Made by a program: the position numbers and the translations under genes. Below the pieces are notes generated by a model. The model worked only from the letters and a program-made list of their open reading frames with translations, was not told where the DNA came from and made no database searches. From an uncultured Gammaproteobacteria bacterium (GTDB lineage Bacteria; Myxococcota_A; UBA796; JAJRTE01), in contig CAYQMG010000045.1 of NCBI GenBank assembly GCA_964418585.1, forward strand, positions 721 through 64,720: DNA of 64,000 bases, in the 5' to 3' direction. This document shows, piece by piece, positions 1-10,276 of the stretch. Position 1 is the first letter of the stretch; each line of letters begins with the position of its first letter.

Positions 1-407
1 TTTTTCACGCTTTTTTTCCAACCCGGATCTTCTTTGCCGCGGACGCCCTCCAACCCCTCGCCGTTTCGGTCTTTTTCTCCGGCCCTCGCCCATGCGTCCG
101 GTCGCTGGTCTCGTTTTTTTCGTCTCTGCACCATGCGATTGCTGCTCTCCCCCTCCCCAGATCACGGGATTCGCGCCGGGTTGTCTCTGCTGCCTCTGTT
201 TCCGCTCCGCCTTCCACGGGCTCTCTGCTCTCGCCTGTCCTCGCCAGGTCCGCGCTTGCATTTTGGGCTCCCGTTGCCCATGCCTCCGTGATAAGATGGC
301 CTCCTTGTGGTCTCGGCACCATCCGAGTTTCGAACCGGGCTTCCCGGGCGGCGAGGCATGGTGTCGGTTGCGTCAACCCCCCGATAATTCATAAAGGGTA
401 CTCAACG

Positions 408-1568
408 ATGGAACAGGAAACCCTGGTACGCCCACTCACGGCCCTTTCCGAGGATGAGCAGATCTTCAAGGATGCGGTTGCTTCGTTTGCTCGCGAGCAA
501 ATTGCGCCCAAGGTTCGCCAGATGGACAAGGAGCAACGCCTGGATCCCGACTTGATCCGACAGTGCTTCGAGCTTGGTATCATGGGCATCGAGATCCCGG
601 TCGAGTACGGTGGGGCCGGCAGTTCATTCTTCATGGCCTGCCTCGCTGTCGAGGAACTCGCTGCTGTGGATCCGGCGCTGGCGGTCCTGGTCGATGTCCA
701 GAACACGTTGTGTGCGAATGCCATTCTTCGATGGGCCACGCCCGAGCAGAAGCAGAAGTATCTCCCCCGCATGGCCACAGACCTGGTCGGTGCCTACGCG
801 CTCAGCGAGGCAGGAAGCGGCTCCGATGCCTTCTCGCTCCGCTGCCGCGCCGAGGATCGCGGGGATCACTGGGTCCTGAACGGCCCCAAGCTCTGGATCA
901 CGAACGGCAACGAGGCGGGGCTGTTCATTGTGTTCGCGACCATCGATCCCTCGAAGGGCTACAAGGGCATCACGGCGTTCCTGGTGGAGAAGGAGTTCGA
1001 GGGATTCCGGGTGGGGAACAAGGAGGACAAGCTGGGTATCCGGGCGAGTTCCACCTGCGAGCTGATCATGGAAGACTGTGTGGTGCCGAAGGAGAACCTG
1101 CTTGGAGAGGTCGGCAAAGGATACAAAATCGCCATCGAGACCTTGAATGAAGGGCGAATCGGTATCGGCGCCCAGATGGTGGGACTGGCCCGAGGCGCTC
1201 TCGACCACTGCCTCCAGTACACCAAGGAGCGTGTGCAGTTCGGCAAGCCGATCTCCTCGTTCCAGGGGGTCCAGTTCCAGCTCGCGCAATGCGCCACCGA
1301 GAACGAGGCGGCGAGATTGATGGTTTACAACGCGGCCAGACTCAAGGACGCTGGCCTGCCGTTCGTCAAGGAAGCGGCCATGGCCAAGTTGTTTGCCTCA
1401 CAGGTGGCGGAGCGCACGGCGTCCACCGTCGTGGATCTGTACGGCGGCTACGGCTACACCACCGACTACCCGGCCGAGAAGTACTACCGCGACTGCAAGA
1501 TCGGGAAGATCTACGAGGGCACGAGCAACATGCAGCTCCAGACCATCGCCAAGCTCATCGAGCCCTGA
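408..1568 (+). CDS. Acyl-CoA dehydrogenase (short/branched-chain type)
   Basis: 386-aa ORF starting MEQETLVRPLTALSEDEQIFKD. It matches the ACAD family throughout (YGGAG, AYALSEAGSGSD, WITNG, GGYGYTTDYPAEKYYRDCKI..YEGTSN). Start chosen at the internal ATG at 408; the ORF table's upstream extension looks non-coding. Confidence 0.85.
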   Translation: MEQETLVRPLTALSEDEQIFKDAVASFAREQIAPKVRQMDKEQRLDPDLIRQCFELGIMGIEIPVEYGGAGSSFFMACLAVEELAAVDPALAVLVDVQNTLCANAILRWATPEQKQKYLPRMATDLVGAYALSEAGSGSDAFSLRCRAEDRGDHWVLNGPKLWITNGNEAGLFIVFATIDPSKGYKGITAFLVEKEFEGFRVGNKEDKLGIRASSTCELIMEDCVVPKENLLGEVGKGYKIAIETLNEGRIGIGAQMVGLARGALDHCLQYTKERVQFGKPISSFQGVQFQLAQCATENEAARLMVYNAARLKDAGLPFVKEAAMAKLFASQVAERTASTVVDLYGGYGYTTDYPAEKYYRDCKIGKIYEGTSNMQLQTIAKLIEP

Positions 1569-1800
1569 GCACCCCTTCGCCCGGCGTTCATCCCTCGAGC
1601 CTGTCCGACCCCACGGTCCGCCTGGTCGCAATGACGGTCGGCAGGCTCCCTTGCGCGATCCCCGCGGCCGGCTGTGCCCGGGTCCGTCCGGGGCACCTGG
1701 TCTGTCGCACGCGGCCTCCACTCAGTGGAATCGTGAGCGATATCGCATGCTCGACCCTCCTCCCCACCCTCATCGAGGCCGGAGGGTTTCTTGGACGATC

Positions 1801-2334
1801 TCAATGATATGGAACCTCGGACTCGCCGATCAAGGCCGGGGGCTCGTCGTCCTCGAGGTAGGCGGAGAGGAGTTGCGCCTGGTCGAAGACCTTGGAACGG
1901 TGGCACCCCCACACGTCGCAGAGGGCCACCACCTGCCCTTCCTCGAGCGACGGGGTGAGATAAAGCGCCACCATGTCTCCTTGCCCGCAAGAACAGCGAG
2001 ACAACCTGGGCAACGGAACATCGCAGATGGGGCAAGAGATCCGGACTCGAGTCCCGTCCTTGAAATCTGTGAACCCAAGGCGTGCGTGGTCCCCGTGGAA
2101 CGGGCTCAGCACCACCTCCCCGCTTCGGGTCCCATCCGACACCTTCAGCCAGATTCCCGGCTGGCCATCGAACAGCCCCTTCGACTCGGTGACGAGATTG
2201 TGCCCGTTTGGACAGAAAACCTGCGTGACCTGGATGACGACGTCGTCGATCTCCTTGATGCGGACATCTTCCGAAGGAGGCTGCGCGCCTTGCGAACGAA
2301 ACAGACGATCTCGTCGGATCTTGACCCTTGCCAC
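1801..2334 (-). CDS. Hypothetical Cys-rich (zinc-ribbon-like) protein
   Basis: 177-aa minus-strand ORF with paired Cys/His motifs (CPNGH, CPICD, CSCGQ, CDVWGCH). No recognised family. It is convergent with the ACAD gene and divergent from the 2649 ORF. Confidence 0.4.
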   Translation of the reverse strand: MARVKIRRDRLFRSQGAQPPSEDVRIKEIDDVVIQVTQVFCPNGHNLVTESKGLFDGQPGIWLKVSDGTRSGEVVLSPFHGDHARLGFTDFKDGTRVRISCPICDVPLPRLSRCSCGQGDMVALYLTPSLEEGQVVALCDVWGCHRSKVFDQAQLLSAYLEDDEPPALIGESEVPYH

Positions 2335-2648
2335 CGGCTACCCTCCATGCCTTGACGCTGGACGCGGGATTGCGCCCTGCGACCTTTTGCCTGCCACTGT
2401 GGCCTTATAGACCGCGCGCAGCGAAACCACAAGGGTTTTTCCATCTTCCTTTTCGCCATCTCCTCTCGTGGGGCCGGAGACACCGGTGCCCTGCACCTCG
2501 ACCACGAACTCGAGGAGGGGCCACGCAGCCTGGGTTTCCACCCGCACAAGGCGCAACGAAGGTGCGCCCAGTCAACAGAATCGAGTATACTCTCGGCCAT
2601 TGTCTCTTGCTGTTCCACCCATGCCGACTTCAGACCAGAGGAGTGCTC

Positions 2649-3965
2649 ATGAGCGTGAACACAAATGACTGGGTTCCTACCCATGCGCGGCCCACAGCGT
2701 TTCTGCCAGCCACGGTGGCTCCAGAAACGGTATTCGAACCGCCTCCGTTCGAGGTCTCCGAGTTCGTCAGGAGGGCGCTCGGGATGCTGGCTTCCGACCG
2801 ATGGATTCGAGCTGCGGGCAAGGAGTTCGACCGGACCCGGCTCCTGCCTTGCAAGTGGAAGTGTGCCGATGAATCCCTGTTCTCGGTGGACCTCGTCCTC
2901 CATGCCTGCACGGGACAGTTTCCTTTCGACAAGGGCAAACTCGGGGGCCGCTTCAACCCCGAATCGCTCCCGGCCGCCTTTCACCACGGGCCGTACCACC
3001 TCGACCTCGGCGGCTCACACGTGGGGGTCGTCGAGGATGGAACAGGCCACCTCGAGGTCGGATACGTGACCCGTCCATTGCAGGGTACTCGCTCGACAGA
3101 CTGCGGCTGGTTGATGCAGGTGCTGGCACCATTCAAGCGCGTCCATGATCAGGCATGTGAATCGATCCTCCTGGCCCGAACGGACGACACGTTGCGGCTG
3201 ACCGTCCCCAACGAGTACCTGCACCCTGGATGGTCGACCAGTCCGGTGAAGCTGTTGCTGAACCTGGACGCGCTGGGCGCTCACCGGGCCGAGACATCGA
3301 GCGGGGACCGCACGCGCCGCCGCCAGGAACCCCTGAACAGCAGTCGCACATCCACGGCCGGACCGCATGCGACCGCAGGGCCGGTGGCAGGTTGCACAAC
3401 CTTTGCCATCCCACCAGACTTCGTGGAACGCCTCTCCAACCGACAACGGCTGCGGCTCGAGGCGGGAGAAGTCGTGCCCGTGGGACAGGGACTTCGCCCG
3501 CACGACTTTCACCTGTATTCCACCGAAACCGTGACCGACCGCGACGGCCTCCCTGTGGACCGGCTCCTGCTCTACGTCAAGGAAATCGTGGCCGGTGGAC
3601 GGGCGCCCTACCCACTGACAGGCGCACTGATCAACGCCTGTATCGAGTACAACGCACTCACCGACGCCCTCCGCCAGGACGCATTCCGGCCGTATGGCGC
3701 TGCGAGTTTCACCGGGGTGTTCATCGACCGCTACGACGAGGCGCTGGGAACCTATGTGAACTTTTTCGCGCCCGTGGCATTCTCCCTCAAGATCCCCGGT
3801 GCACGCGAAATCATCGAGCTGAATGCCGCCGAACTTCGGAACGAACTCCTGGAAGTGCGCCCTGCCGACCCGGCCCGACCGCTGACGGCGGTTCTGGGCT
3901 ACGATCCCACCCGGGCGATTCCTCCACGGTTCGATTTCCCCCGGTCCCACCACCAGGATCTCTGA
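2649..3965 (+). CDS. Hypothetical protein (no recognisable domain)
   Basis: Long ORF; start chosen at MSVNTNDW (ATG 2649, preceded by ggagtg). No recognisable motifs. The composition looks protein-like, not R/P/G low-complexity. Confidence 0.45.
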   Translation: MSVNTNDWVPTHARPTAFLPATVAPETVFEPPPFEVSEFVRRALGMLASDRWIRAAGKEFDRTRLLPCKWKCADESLFSVDLVLHACTGQFPFDKGKLGGRFNPESLPAAFHHGPYHLDLGGSHVGVVEDGTGHLEVGYVTRPLQGTRSTDCGWLMQVLAPFKRVHDQACESILLARTDDTLRLTVPNEYLHPGWSTSPVKLLLNLDALGAHRAETSSGDRTRRRQEPLNSSRTSTAGPHATAGPVAGCTTFAIPPDFVERLSNRQRLRLEAGEVVPVGQGLRPHDFHLYSTETVTDRDGLPVDRLLLYVKEIVAGGRAPYPLTGALINACIEYNALTDALRQDAFRPYGAASFTGVFIDRYDEALGTYVNFFAPVAFSLKIPGAREIIELNAAELRNELLEVRPADPARPLTAVLGYDPTRAIPPRFDFPRSHHQDL

Positions 3966-3986
3966 AACACTTCAGTACGCTTTCCG

Positions 3987-4043
3987 GTTGACATTTTTCA
4001 AGGGAGCAACTAGAAAGGCATTATTGTAGTGAGCACTCAGTAC
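3987..4043 (+). promoter_or_regulatory. Sigma70-like promoter plus imperfect inverted repeat (candidate TetR operator)
   Basis: TTGACA (3987-3992), 17-nt spacer, TAGAAA (4010-4015). It is followed by the inverted repeat GTAGTGAGC/ACTCAGTAC (4026-4043), about 50 nt upstream of the TetR gene start at 4094. Confidence 0.35.
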
Positions 4044-4093
4044 AAGAACTTCCTACGCGACGCCCGGGGAACCGGGGACGCTGGACCGGAGCG

Positions 4094-4708
4094 ATGTCAA
4101 ACAAGAAGCAGGCCATCCTTCGAGCAGCCACGATTTTCTTTGCGGAGAAGGGGTTCACGGAGACATCGATGGCAGACCTGTCGGAGGCGACAGGGGTTGC
4201 CGAGGGGACGTTTTACTATCATTTCGGGACGAAGACGGGGTTGTTTCTTGCCGCGTTGCAGGAGGTGCGGGAAGGGATCATCCACGAGTTTGATGCCTAC
4301 TTTGAAGAGCGGGAGTTCGGGAGCGGGATGGAGATGCTGGAGGAAGTGATTTCCTTTCTCCTGTTCCTGGCGAGCCATCGCCCCGAGTGGTTTTTGTTGT
4401 TGCAGCGGCATCATGCGTTCGAGTTGGCCCGGACGAATCAGGCGTGCCGGGAACACCTGGAAGCGATCTTCAACACGCTCGTGGGTCTTCTCGAGGGAGT
4501 GATTTTGCGGGGCCAGGAGGATGGGTCGATTGGGCCTGTGCCGACGAGGCGGACGGCGCTTCTGCTTTTTTCGATGGTACACGGTCTGCTCTGGGTGAAG
4601 CTGCACGATGTGGCGGACACAGCGGTGCTTCATGAGGATCTGTTGTCGGCCTGTCGGAGGATCGTGGAGCCGCCCGAGGCCGGGCCGAAAGGAGCTTCGC
4701 CGTGTTGA
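4094..4708 (+). CDS. TetR/AcrR family transcriptional regulator
   Basis: N-terminal TetR helix-turn-helix signature (AILRAATIFFAEKGFTETSMADLSEATGVAEGTFYYHFGTKTGLF). 204 aa. It overlaps the downstream SulP gene by 7 nt. Confidence 0.85.
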   Translation: MSNKKQAILRAATIFFAEKGFTETSMADLSEATGVAEGTFYYHFGTKTGLFLAALQEVREGIIHEFDAYFEEREFGSGMEMLEEVISFLLFLASHRPEWFLLLQRHHAFELARTNQACREHLEAIFNTLVGLLEGVILRGQEDGSIGPVPTRRTALLLFSMVHGLLWVKLHDVADTAVLHEDLLSACRRIVEPPEAGPKGASPC

Positions 4709-6837
4709 AACGAATCTTTCCTTTCCTGGACTGGTTTCGGGGTTACGACGTTGGCAGCCTTCGGACGGATCTCGTGGCAGGTCTGACCGTGGCGCTGGTG
4801 CTGATACCGCAGTCGATGGCCTATGCGCAGTTGGCGGGGCTTCCTCCATACTATGGTCTTTATGCGTCGTTTCTCCCGCCGATGGTCGCGGCCTTGTTTG
4901 GGTCCAGTCGGCAACTGGCCACCGGTCCGGTTGCGGTGGTGTCGCTGATGACCTCTGCGTCGCTGGAGCCACTGGCCACGGCGGGGAGCGAGGGGTACAT
5001 CGGATATGCCATTGCGCTGGCGGTGTGCGTGGGGTTGTTCCAGCTTAGCCTGGGTGTCCTGCGTCTGGGGCTTGTGGTCAACTTTCTATCGCATCCGGTG
5101 GTGAACGGGTTCACCAATGCGGCGGCGATCATCATTGCCACGTCCCAACTTTCGAAGTTGTTTGGAGTACATGTAGACAAGGCGGAGCACCACTACGAAA
5201 CGATCCTGCGGGTGTGCCGGGCTGCGTACCACTATACCCACTGGCCGACGCTGTTGATGGGACTGTTTGCGTTCGGGATCATGTACGGACTGAGGCGGTA
5301 TTTTCCTCGAGCGCCGAACGTTCTGGTGGCGGTGGCGGCGGCGACTCTGATCTCGTGGGCGACGGGGTTCGAGCACAATGAGCGGGTTCCCCTGTCGGCG
5401 ATCCATGTTCCGGAGGCGGTTCGTCTGGTAGAGGAATTCAACGAGGTGATGACACGAATACCCGGTCTTGGGGAGCGGCGAACGGAGCTTGGGAACGATC
5501 TGGAAGCGGCGAGGGAATCGGGGGATGTATTTCGAGTCATCGATCTGGAACGGGACCTGGCTCGAGCGTCGGTGGAGTTGGACCTGGCCAAGGAACGTGC
5601 CCACGAACTTCGTGCGAAGTTGAGGGGGTTTCTTTTCGAGCGCCGGGAAGGCCCCGGGGGTGCGTCGAGCTTTGCGTTGCGAGGTGAAGGAGAGGGGGAG
5701 AGCGACGGACGGACGTGGCGATTGAAGATTGGGAATCGTGCGCTGGACACCGAGGCGTTGCTGATGGTGGGAGGAGGCGCGGTGGTGGGCACGATTCCCA
5801 AGGGATTGCCGGCGATCAAGGTACCGGACCTGGACCTGTCCCTGATACTGAAGCTGCTTCCTTCGGCGGTGATCATTTCCCTGTTGGGATTCATGGAGGC
5901 GATCTCGATTGCCAAGGCGATGGCGGCGAAAACGGGTCAGCGCCTGGATCCGAACCAGGAGCTGATCGGCCAAGGGTTGGCGAACATCGTAGGGGCGATG
6001 GGCAAGAGTTACCCGGTGTCCGGGTCGTTCTCCCGTTCTGCGGTGAATCTTCAGGCAGGTGCCATTTCGGGGATGTCGAGTGTGTTCACGAGCTTGGCGG
6101 TGGTGATCGTACTCCTGTTTTTCACCCCGCTGCTCTACCATCTGCCGCAGGCGGTGCTGGCCGCGGTGATCATGATGGCGGTGATCGGCCTGGTGAACGT
6201 GTCCGGGTTCGTGCATGCATGGCGAGCGCAGTGGTACGACGGAGCGATTTCGATCATCTCGTTCGTGTGCACCCTCGTGTTCGCCCCGCACCTGGACAAG
6301 GGGATCATGGTGGGCGTGACGCTTTCGCTGGGCGTGTTTCTGTATCGCAGCATGCGTCCTGCAGTGGTGTCCCTTTCCCGGCACGAGGACGATGCGCTGC
6401 GGAGTTCTTTTGAGCACAGTCTGGCCGAGTGTCGATACATGGATCTGGTGCGATTCGATGGTCCCCTGTTTTTTGCCAACGCGAGTTACCTGGAAGACAA
6501 GATCAATGAGCGGCTGCTGACCAAGACGAGTCTGCGGCACATCATTATTGCGGCCAACGGGATCAACGACATCGATGCCTCGGGAGAGGAGGCCCTGTCA
6601 CTGCTCATCGATCGGGTGCGGAGTGCGGGGGTGGAGATCTCGCTGAGCGGTGTGAACGAAAATGTGATGAAGGTGCTGAAGCAGACCCATCTCCTGGAGA
6701 AGATTGGTGCCGACCACATCTATCCCACGATGGAGAAGGCGATTTGTTCGGTACATGCCAGCGCGCACGAGGGGGGGGTCGAGCAGGACTGTCCGCTCAC
6801 GACGGTGTGCCGTATTTCGACGCACGCCGGAAGGTAG
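4702..6837 (+). CDS. SulP (SLC26) family anion transporter with C-terminal STAS domain
   Basis: Sulfate-transporter family motifs (LVAGLTVALVLIPQSMAYAQLAGLPPYYGLY). C-terminal STAS domain (DGPLFFANASYLEDKI...IDASGEEAL). Contains an internal insertion of roughly 140 aa predicted to be charged coiled coil (DLEAARESGDVFRVIDLERDLARASVELDLAKERAHELRAKL). Confidence 0.85.
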   Translation: MLKRIFPFLDWFRGYDVGSLRTDLVAGLTVALVLIPQSMAYAQLAGLPPYYGLYASFLPPMVAALFGSSRQLATGPVAVVSLMTSASLEPLATAGSEGYIGYAIALAVCVGLFQLSLGVLRLGLVVNFLSHPVVNGFTNAAAIIIATSQLSKLFGVHVDKAEHHYETILRVCRAAYHYTHWPTLLMGLFAFGIMYGLRRYFPRAPNVLVAVAAATLISWATGFEHNERVPLSAIHVPEAVRLVEEFNEVMTRIPGLGERRTELGNDLEAARESGDVFRVIDLERDLARASVELDLAKERAHELRAKLRGFLFERREGPGGASSFALRGEGEGESDGRTWRLKIGNRALDTEALLMVGGGAVVGTIPKGLPAIKVPDLDLSLILKLLPSAVIISLLGFMEAISIAKAMAAKTGQRLDPNQELIGQGLANIVGAMGKSYPVSGSFSRSAVNLQAGAISGMSSVFTSLAVVIVLLFFTPLLYHLPQAVLAAVIMMAVIGLVNVSGFVHAWRAQWYDGAISIISFVCTLVFAPHLDKGIMVGVTLSLGVFLYRSMRPAVVSLSRHEDDALRSSFEHSLAECRYMDLVRFDGPLFFANASYLEDKINERLLTKTSLRHIIIAANGINDIDASGEEALSLLIDRVRSAGVEISLSGVNENVMKVLKQTHLLEKIGADHIYPTMEKAICSVHASAHEGGVEQDCPLTTVCRISTHAGR

Positions 6838-6847
6838 GGAGGAAACC

Positions 6848-8074
6848 ATGTCGGTTGTCACCATCTTCAGCAGTGTTTTCTGCCGGAAGGAGGAGGTCCT
6901 GGCCGAACTCGAGCGTCGCACCGGGTACCGGTTGGTGACCGACGAGGAGGTGGCGGATCGTGCAGCCACCATGTCCGGGCTGGATTCGAAACGCATTCTG
7001 CGGGCACTCTCCTCGAAGACGTCTGTCTTCGACAAGTTCACGCGAGAGAAGGAGCGCGGGGTGGCGTGGCTTCGGATGGCGATGGCCGACATGCTCTCGG
7101 AGGACGGTCTTTTGTTCGACGGGGTGTGCGGTCACCTGATTCCCCGGGCGATTACGCACGTGCTCCAGGTGTGCCTGGTGGCGGACATGAAGTCGCGGGT
7201 GGCGTGGGCGGAGGCGTCAGGCCTTTCGGCCAGGGAAGCGACGTCCCGGATCCGGGCTGCGGACGAGGATCGTGCGAGCTGGGTGGACCGCGTCCGGCAG
7301 GTGCGGGATCCGTGGGCGTCGTCGTTGTATGACATTGTCATACCGACGGACAAGATGGACGTGGATGCGTCGGTCGCCGTCATCGTGGAGAATCTCCGGA
7401 GCGATGTGCTGGGTCCCACGGAGACCTCGAGGCGAGCGGCGGAGGACTTTGGGTTGGCTGCCCGGGTGGGGGTTGCCCTGGTTCGCGAAGGGCACAACGT
7501 GGACGTGGAGGTTCGGGACCGCGCGGTCACGTTGACGGTCAATCAAAACGTGCTCATGCTGGGACGGCTGCAGGAGGAATTGAAGGGGATCGCCTCAAAG
7601 GTACCGGGAGTTTCATCGGTGGAAACGCGCATCGGGAAGGGATTTCACCGAACCGACATCTACCGCAAGTACGACTTCGACGTTCCAAAATTGTTGCTGG
7701 TGGACGACGAACGGGAGTTCGTACACACGCTGTCCGAACGGCTCCAGATACGGGATGTGAACGCGGCCGTCACCTACGACGGTCAAACGGCACTCGAGAT
7801 CGTGGAGGATGACGAACCCGAGGTGATGATACTCGATCTCAAGATGCCCGGGATCGATGGGATCGAGGTACTGAAGAACGTGAAGGCGACTCGCCCGAAC
7901 ATCGAAGTGATCATCCTGACCGGTCATGGTTCCGAGGAAGACCGGCGGCTGTGCCTGTCCCTGGGAGCGTTCGCCTACTTGCAAAAGCCCGTTGACATCG
8001 AGGTCCTGACCGAGACGCTACGCGCGGCCAACGAGCGCATCCGGCGCAAGTCGGCGGGCGATGGCAACGGTTGA
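6848..8074 (+). CDS. Response regulator fusion: cytidylate-kinase-like domain + BON-like domain + receiver (REC)
   Basis: Start at MSVVTIF (ATG 6848, preceded by ggagg). The N-terminal segment resembles the cytidylate-kinase-like family. The middle region VEVRDRAVTLTVNQNVLMLGRLQEELKGIASKVPGVSSVETRI is BON-like. The C-terminal REC domain has phospho-acceptor context LLLVDDE...ILDLKMPGIDGIEVL...LTGHG. Confidence 0.7.
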   Translation: MSVVTIFSSVFCRKEEVLAELERRTGYRLVTDEEVADRAATMSGLDSKRILRALSSKTSVFDKFTREKERGVAWLRMAMADMLSEDGLLFDGVCGHLIPRAITHVLQVCLVADMKSRVAWAEASGLSAREATSRIRAADEDRASWVDRVRQVRDPWASSLYDIVIPTDKMDVDASVAVIVENLRSDVLGPTETSRRAAEDFGLAARVGVALVREGHNVDVEVRDRAVTLTVNQNVLMLGRLQEELKGIASKVPGVSSVETRIGKGFHRTDIYRKYDFDVPKLLLVDDEREFVHTLSERLQIRDVNAAVTYDGQTALEIVEDDEPEVMILDLKMPGIDGIEVLKNVKATRPNIEVIILTGHGSEEDRRLCLSLGAFAYLQKPVDIEVLTETLRAANERIRRKSAGDGNG

Positions 8075-8094
8075 CCCGTGGCCACAGGTGCGAA

Positions 8095-9915
8095 ATGGGA
8101 CTGTTCGCCAATCTGAAGCCGAAATTCTGGCACCATGTCGACGTCAGCCACCGGCCGCACAGGCACCTGTTCAATTTCCGCCGTATCTGGGAAATGACCA
8201 TCGCGCTGACCCTGGCGGTGGCACTCATTCCCCTGATCATCATGGCGGTGATCGATCAACAGGTGAGCCGGAATGCGATCGAATCGGACATTCTTCAGCG
8301 AACGGTGCAGTTGGTCTCGGTGTCGAAGCAGAGTGTCTCCTATTTCCTTGCCGAGCGGCGCGCTGCCTTGCGGCTGGTGGTTCGGGGGCACGACCTGGAG
8401 GAACTCCTGGACGACGCACGCCTCGGTCGTGTCCTGGACAATCTGAAGGAAAGTTTCGGGGGATTCGTGGACCTGGGCGTCATCGACGACCGGGGCATTC
8501 AGAAATCCTACGCAGGTCCCTACCAGCTCAAAGGACGGGACTACCGCAGTGCCGACTGGTTCCAGGAGGTATCACGCAGCGGAATGTACATCAGCCCGGT
8601 GTTCGAGGGATTTCGGGGCGTTCCGCACATGGTGATCGCCATCCGCCATGCAGTGCCCGCCGGAGGAGCCTACGTGCTTCGGGCCACCCTCGACACGGCC
8701 AAGTTCAACAACCTGCTCTCGGTGCTGGACCTGGAAGGACGCGGCGACGCGTTCGTGATCGACCGGGCGGGCGTTCTCCAGACGCCGTCACGCTATCACG
8801 GCAACGTGCTCGATCAGGTCAAAATCCCCGTGCCTCCCTACACACCTCAGCCCACCGTGGAGGAGGTGCAAACCCCCGAAAACGGACCGCTGGTCATCGG
8901 CTACGCCTACGTGCCCGACACGCCGTTCATCCTGATGATCGTAAAGCACAAAACGGTCCTCATGACGGAGTGGGTCCGGGGAAGGCTCACCTTGTTGAGC
9001 TTCCTCGTGATTTCGGTCGCCGCCATCATCCTCGTGGTGCTCGGAGGAATCACCTACCTGGTAAATCAGATCTACATGGCAGACCAACGGCGCCTGATGG
9101 TCCTCCACCAGGCCGAGTACGCGAACAAGATGGCGTCCCTCGGTCGCCTCTCCGCCGGTGTGGCGCACGAAATCAACAATCCCCTGGCGATCATCAACGA
9201 AAAAGCGGGGCTGATCCGGGACCTGTTCGTGTTTCGCCCCGAGTACGGAGAGGATCCCAAGCTGATGAGCTTGATCGACGCCATCATCGCACAGGTGGAA
9301 CGTTGCGCTGGGATCACACGACGCCTTCTGAACTTTGCTCGCTCCTCCGAATCCGACATCAAGGAGGTGGACCTGAAGGAACTGATCCTTGAGGTCCTCG
9401 GATTCGTGGGAAAGGAAGCGGAATATCGGTGCATCGACGTGCAAGTAGAGGTGTCGGAAGACGTTCCGCGGTTCGAAAGTGGCCCCGGCCGTCTCCAGGA
9501 GATCTTCCTCAACCTCATCACGAACGCCTTTGCCGCCGTGGAGGACGGAGGATGGATCCGAATTCAGGCATCACGCAAGGGAGGGAACCGGGTCGAAATC
9601 CGGTTTTCGGATAACGGACACGGAATTCCGCAAAAGGATCTCGAACGTGTGTTCGAGCCGTTCTTCTCCACGCGGCACGGCAAGGGTGGCACCGGATTGG
9701 GGTTGTCGATCACCTATGGCCTGGTTCAGGAACTTGGAGGCAAGCTGACCGTGGCGAGCGAGGTTGGCAAGGGAACCACCTTCACCGTAACCCTTCCGCT
9801 GGTTCCTCCGAAGGCCGCCAACAAGAGCGCATTCGTGGACCGGATGGCGCGGCCTGGGATGGACGCGAATGACACAACAGGGGAGTACACCCATGCGGAT
9901 ACTGCTCGTGGATGA
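8095..9915 (+). CDS. Sensor histidine kinase (TM, Cache-like periplasmic domain, HisKA, HATPase_c)
   Basis: TM segment IALTLAVALIPLIIMAVI. Periplasmic region of about 250 aa, then a second TM. HisKA H-box SAGVAHEINNPLAIINEKAGLI. ATPase N/G boxes (NLITNAFAA, GTGLGLSI). The start could instead be 8071. Confidence 0.8.
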   Translation: MGLFANLKPKFWHHVDVSHRPHRHLFNFRRIWEMTIALTLAVALIPLIIMAVIDQQVSRNAIESDILQRTVQLVSVSKQSVSYFLAERRAALRLVVRGHDLEELLDDARLGRVLDNLKESFGGFVDLGVIDDRGIQKSYAGPYQLKGRDYRSADWFQEVSRSGMYISPVFEGFRGVPHMVIAIRHAVPAGGAYVLRATLDTAKFNNLLSVLDLEGRGDAFVIDRAGVLQTPSRYHGNVLDQVKIPVPPYTPQPTVEEVQTPENGPLVIGYAYVPDTPFILMIVKHKTVLMTEWVRGRLTLLSFLVISVAAIILVVLGGITYLVNQIYMADQRRLMVLHQAEYANKMASLGRLSAGVAHEINNPLAIINEKAGLIRDLFVFRPEYGEDPKLMSLIDAIIAQVERCAGITRRLLNFARSSESDIKEVDLKELILEVLGFVGKEAEYRCIDVQVEVSEDVPRFESGPGRLQEIFLNLITNAFAAVEDGGWIRIQASRKGGNRVEIRFSDNGHGIPQKDLERVFEPFFSTRHGKGGTGLGLSITYGLVQELGGKLTVASEVGKGTTFTVTLPLVPPKAANKSAFVDRMARPGMDANDTTGEYTHADTARG

Positions 9916-10276
9916 CGAAAGGGAGTACGTGAGCACGTTGGCGGAACGACTTTCTCTCCGGGGTATCGAGGCGGACTGGGTGAGCGATCCGGCCGAGGCG
10001 GTGTTGCGTGCGGGGGAGCAGGTGTATGATCTGGCGGTACTGGATGTGAAGATGCCGCGGATCGATGGGATAGCGCTGAAGCGCCTGCTGGAAGCGAAGC
10101 AACCGCGTCTGAAGTTTCTGTTCATCACGGGTCATGGTGAGGAGGGCGCTTTCAAGGCGGGTGTGTCGGAAGCCGGCCCGGACCATTACCTGTTCAAGCC
10201 GGTCATGCTGGACGATTTTCTTCGGAAGATCGACGAGGTGATGTCCGAGGACCGGGAGGAGGGGCGTGATGAGTGA
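9893..10276 (+). CDS. Stand-alone response regulator receiver protein
   Basis: MRILLVDDEREYV...LAVLDVKMPRIDG...FITGHG. It overlaps the HK stop upstream and the next gene downstream. Confidence 0.8.
   Translation: MRILLVDDEREYVSTLAERLSLRGIEADWVSDPAEAVLRAGEQVYDLAVLDVKMPRIDGIALKRLLEAKQPRLKFLFITGHGEEGAFKAGVSEAGPDHYLFKPVMLDDFLRKIDEVMSEDREEGRDE

Noticed and set aside
290-370. Possible tRNA-like T-arm (GAGTTTCGAACCGGG) in the leader of the acyl-CoA dehydrogenase gene
   Set aside because: The stem pairing is poor on both strands, and no acceptor, D or anticodon arms can be assembled. It is most likely a chance GTTCGAA-like match.
5086-6540. 484-aa minus-strand ORF
   Set aside because: It is antisense to the SulP transporter, with an R/H/Q-rich nonsense composition.
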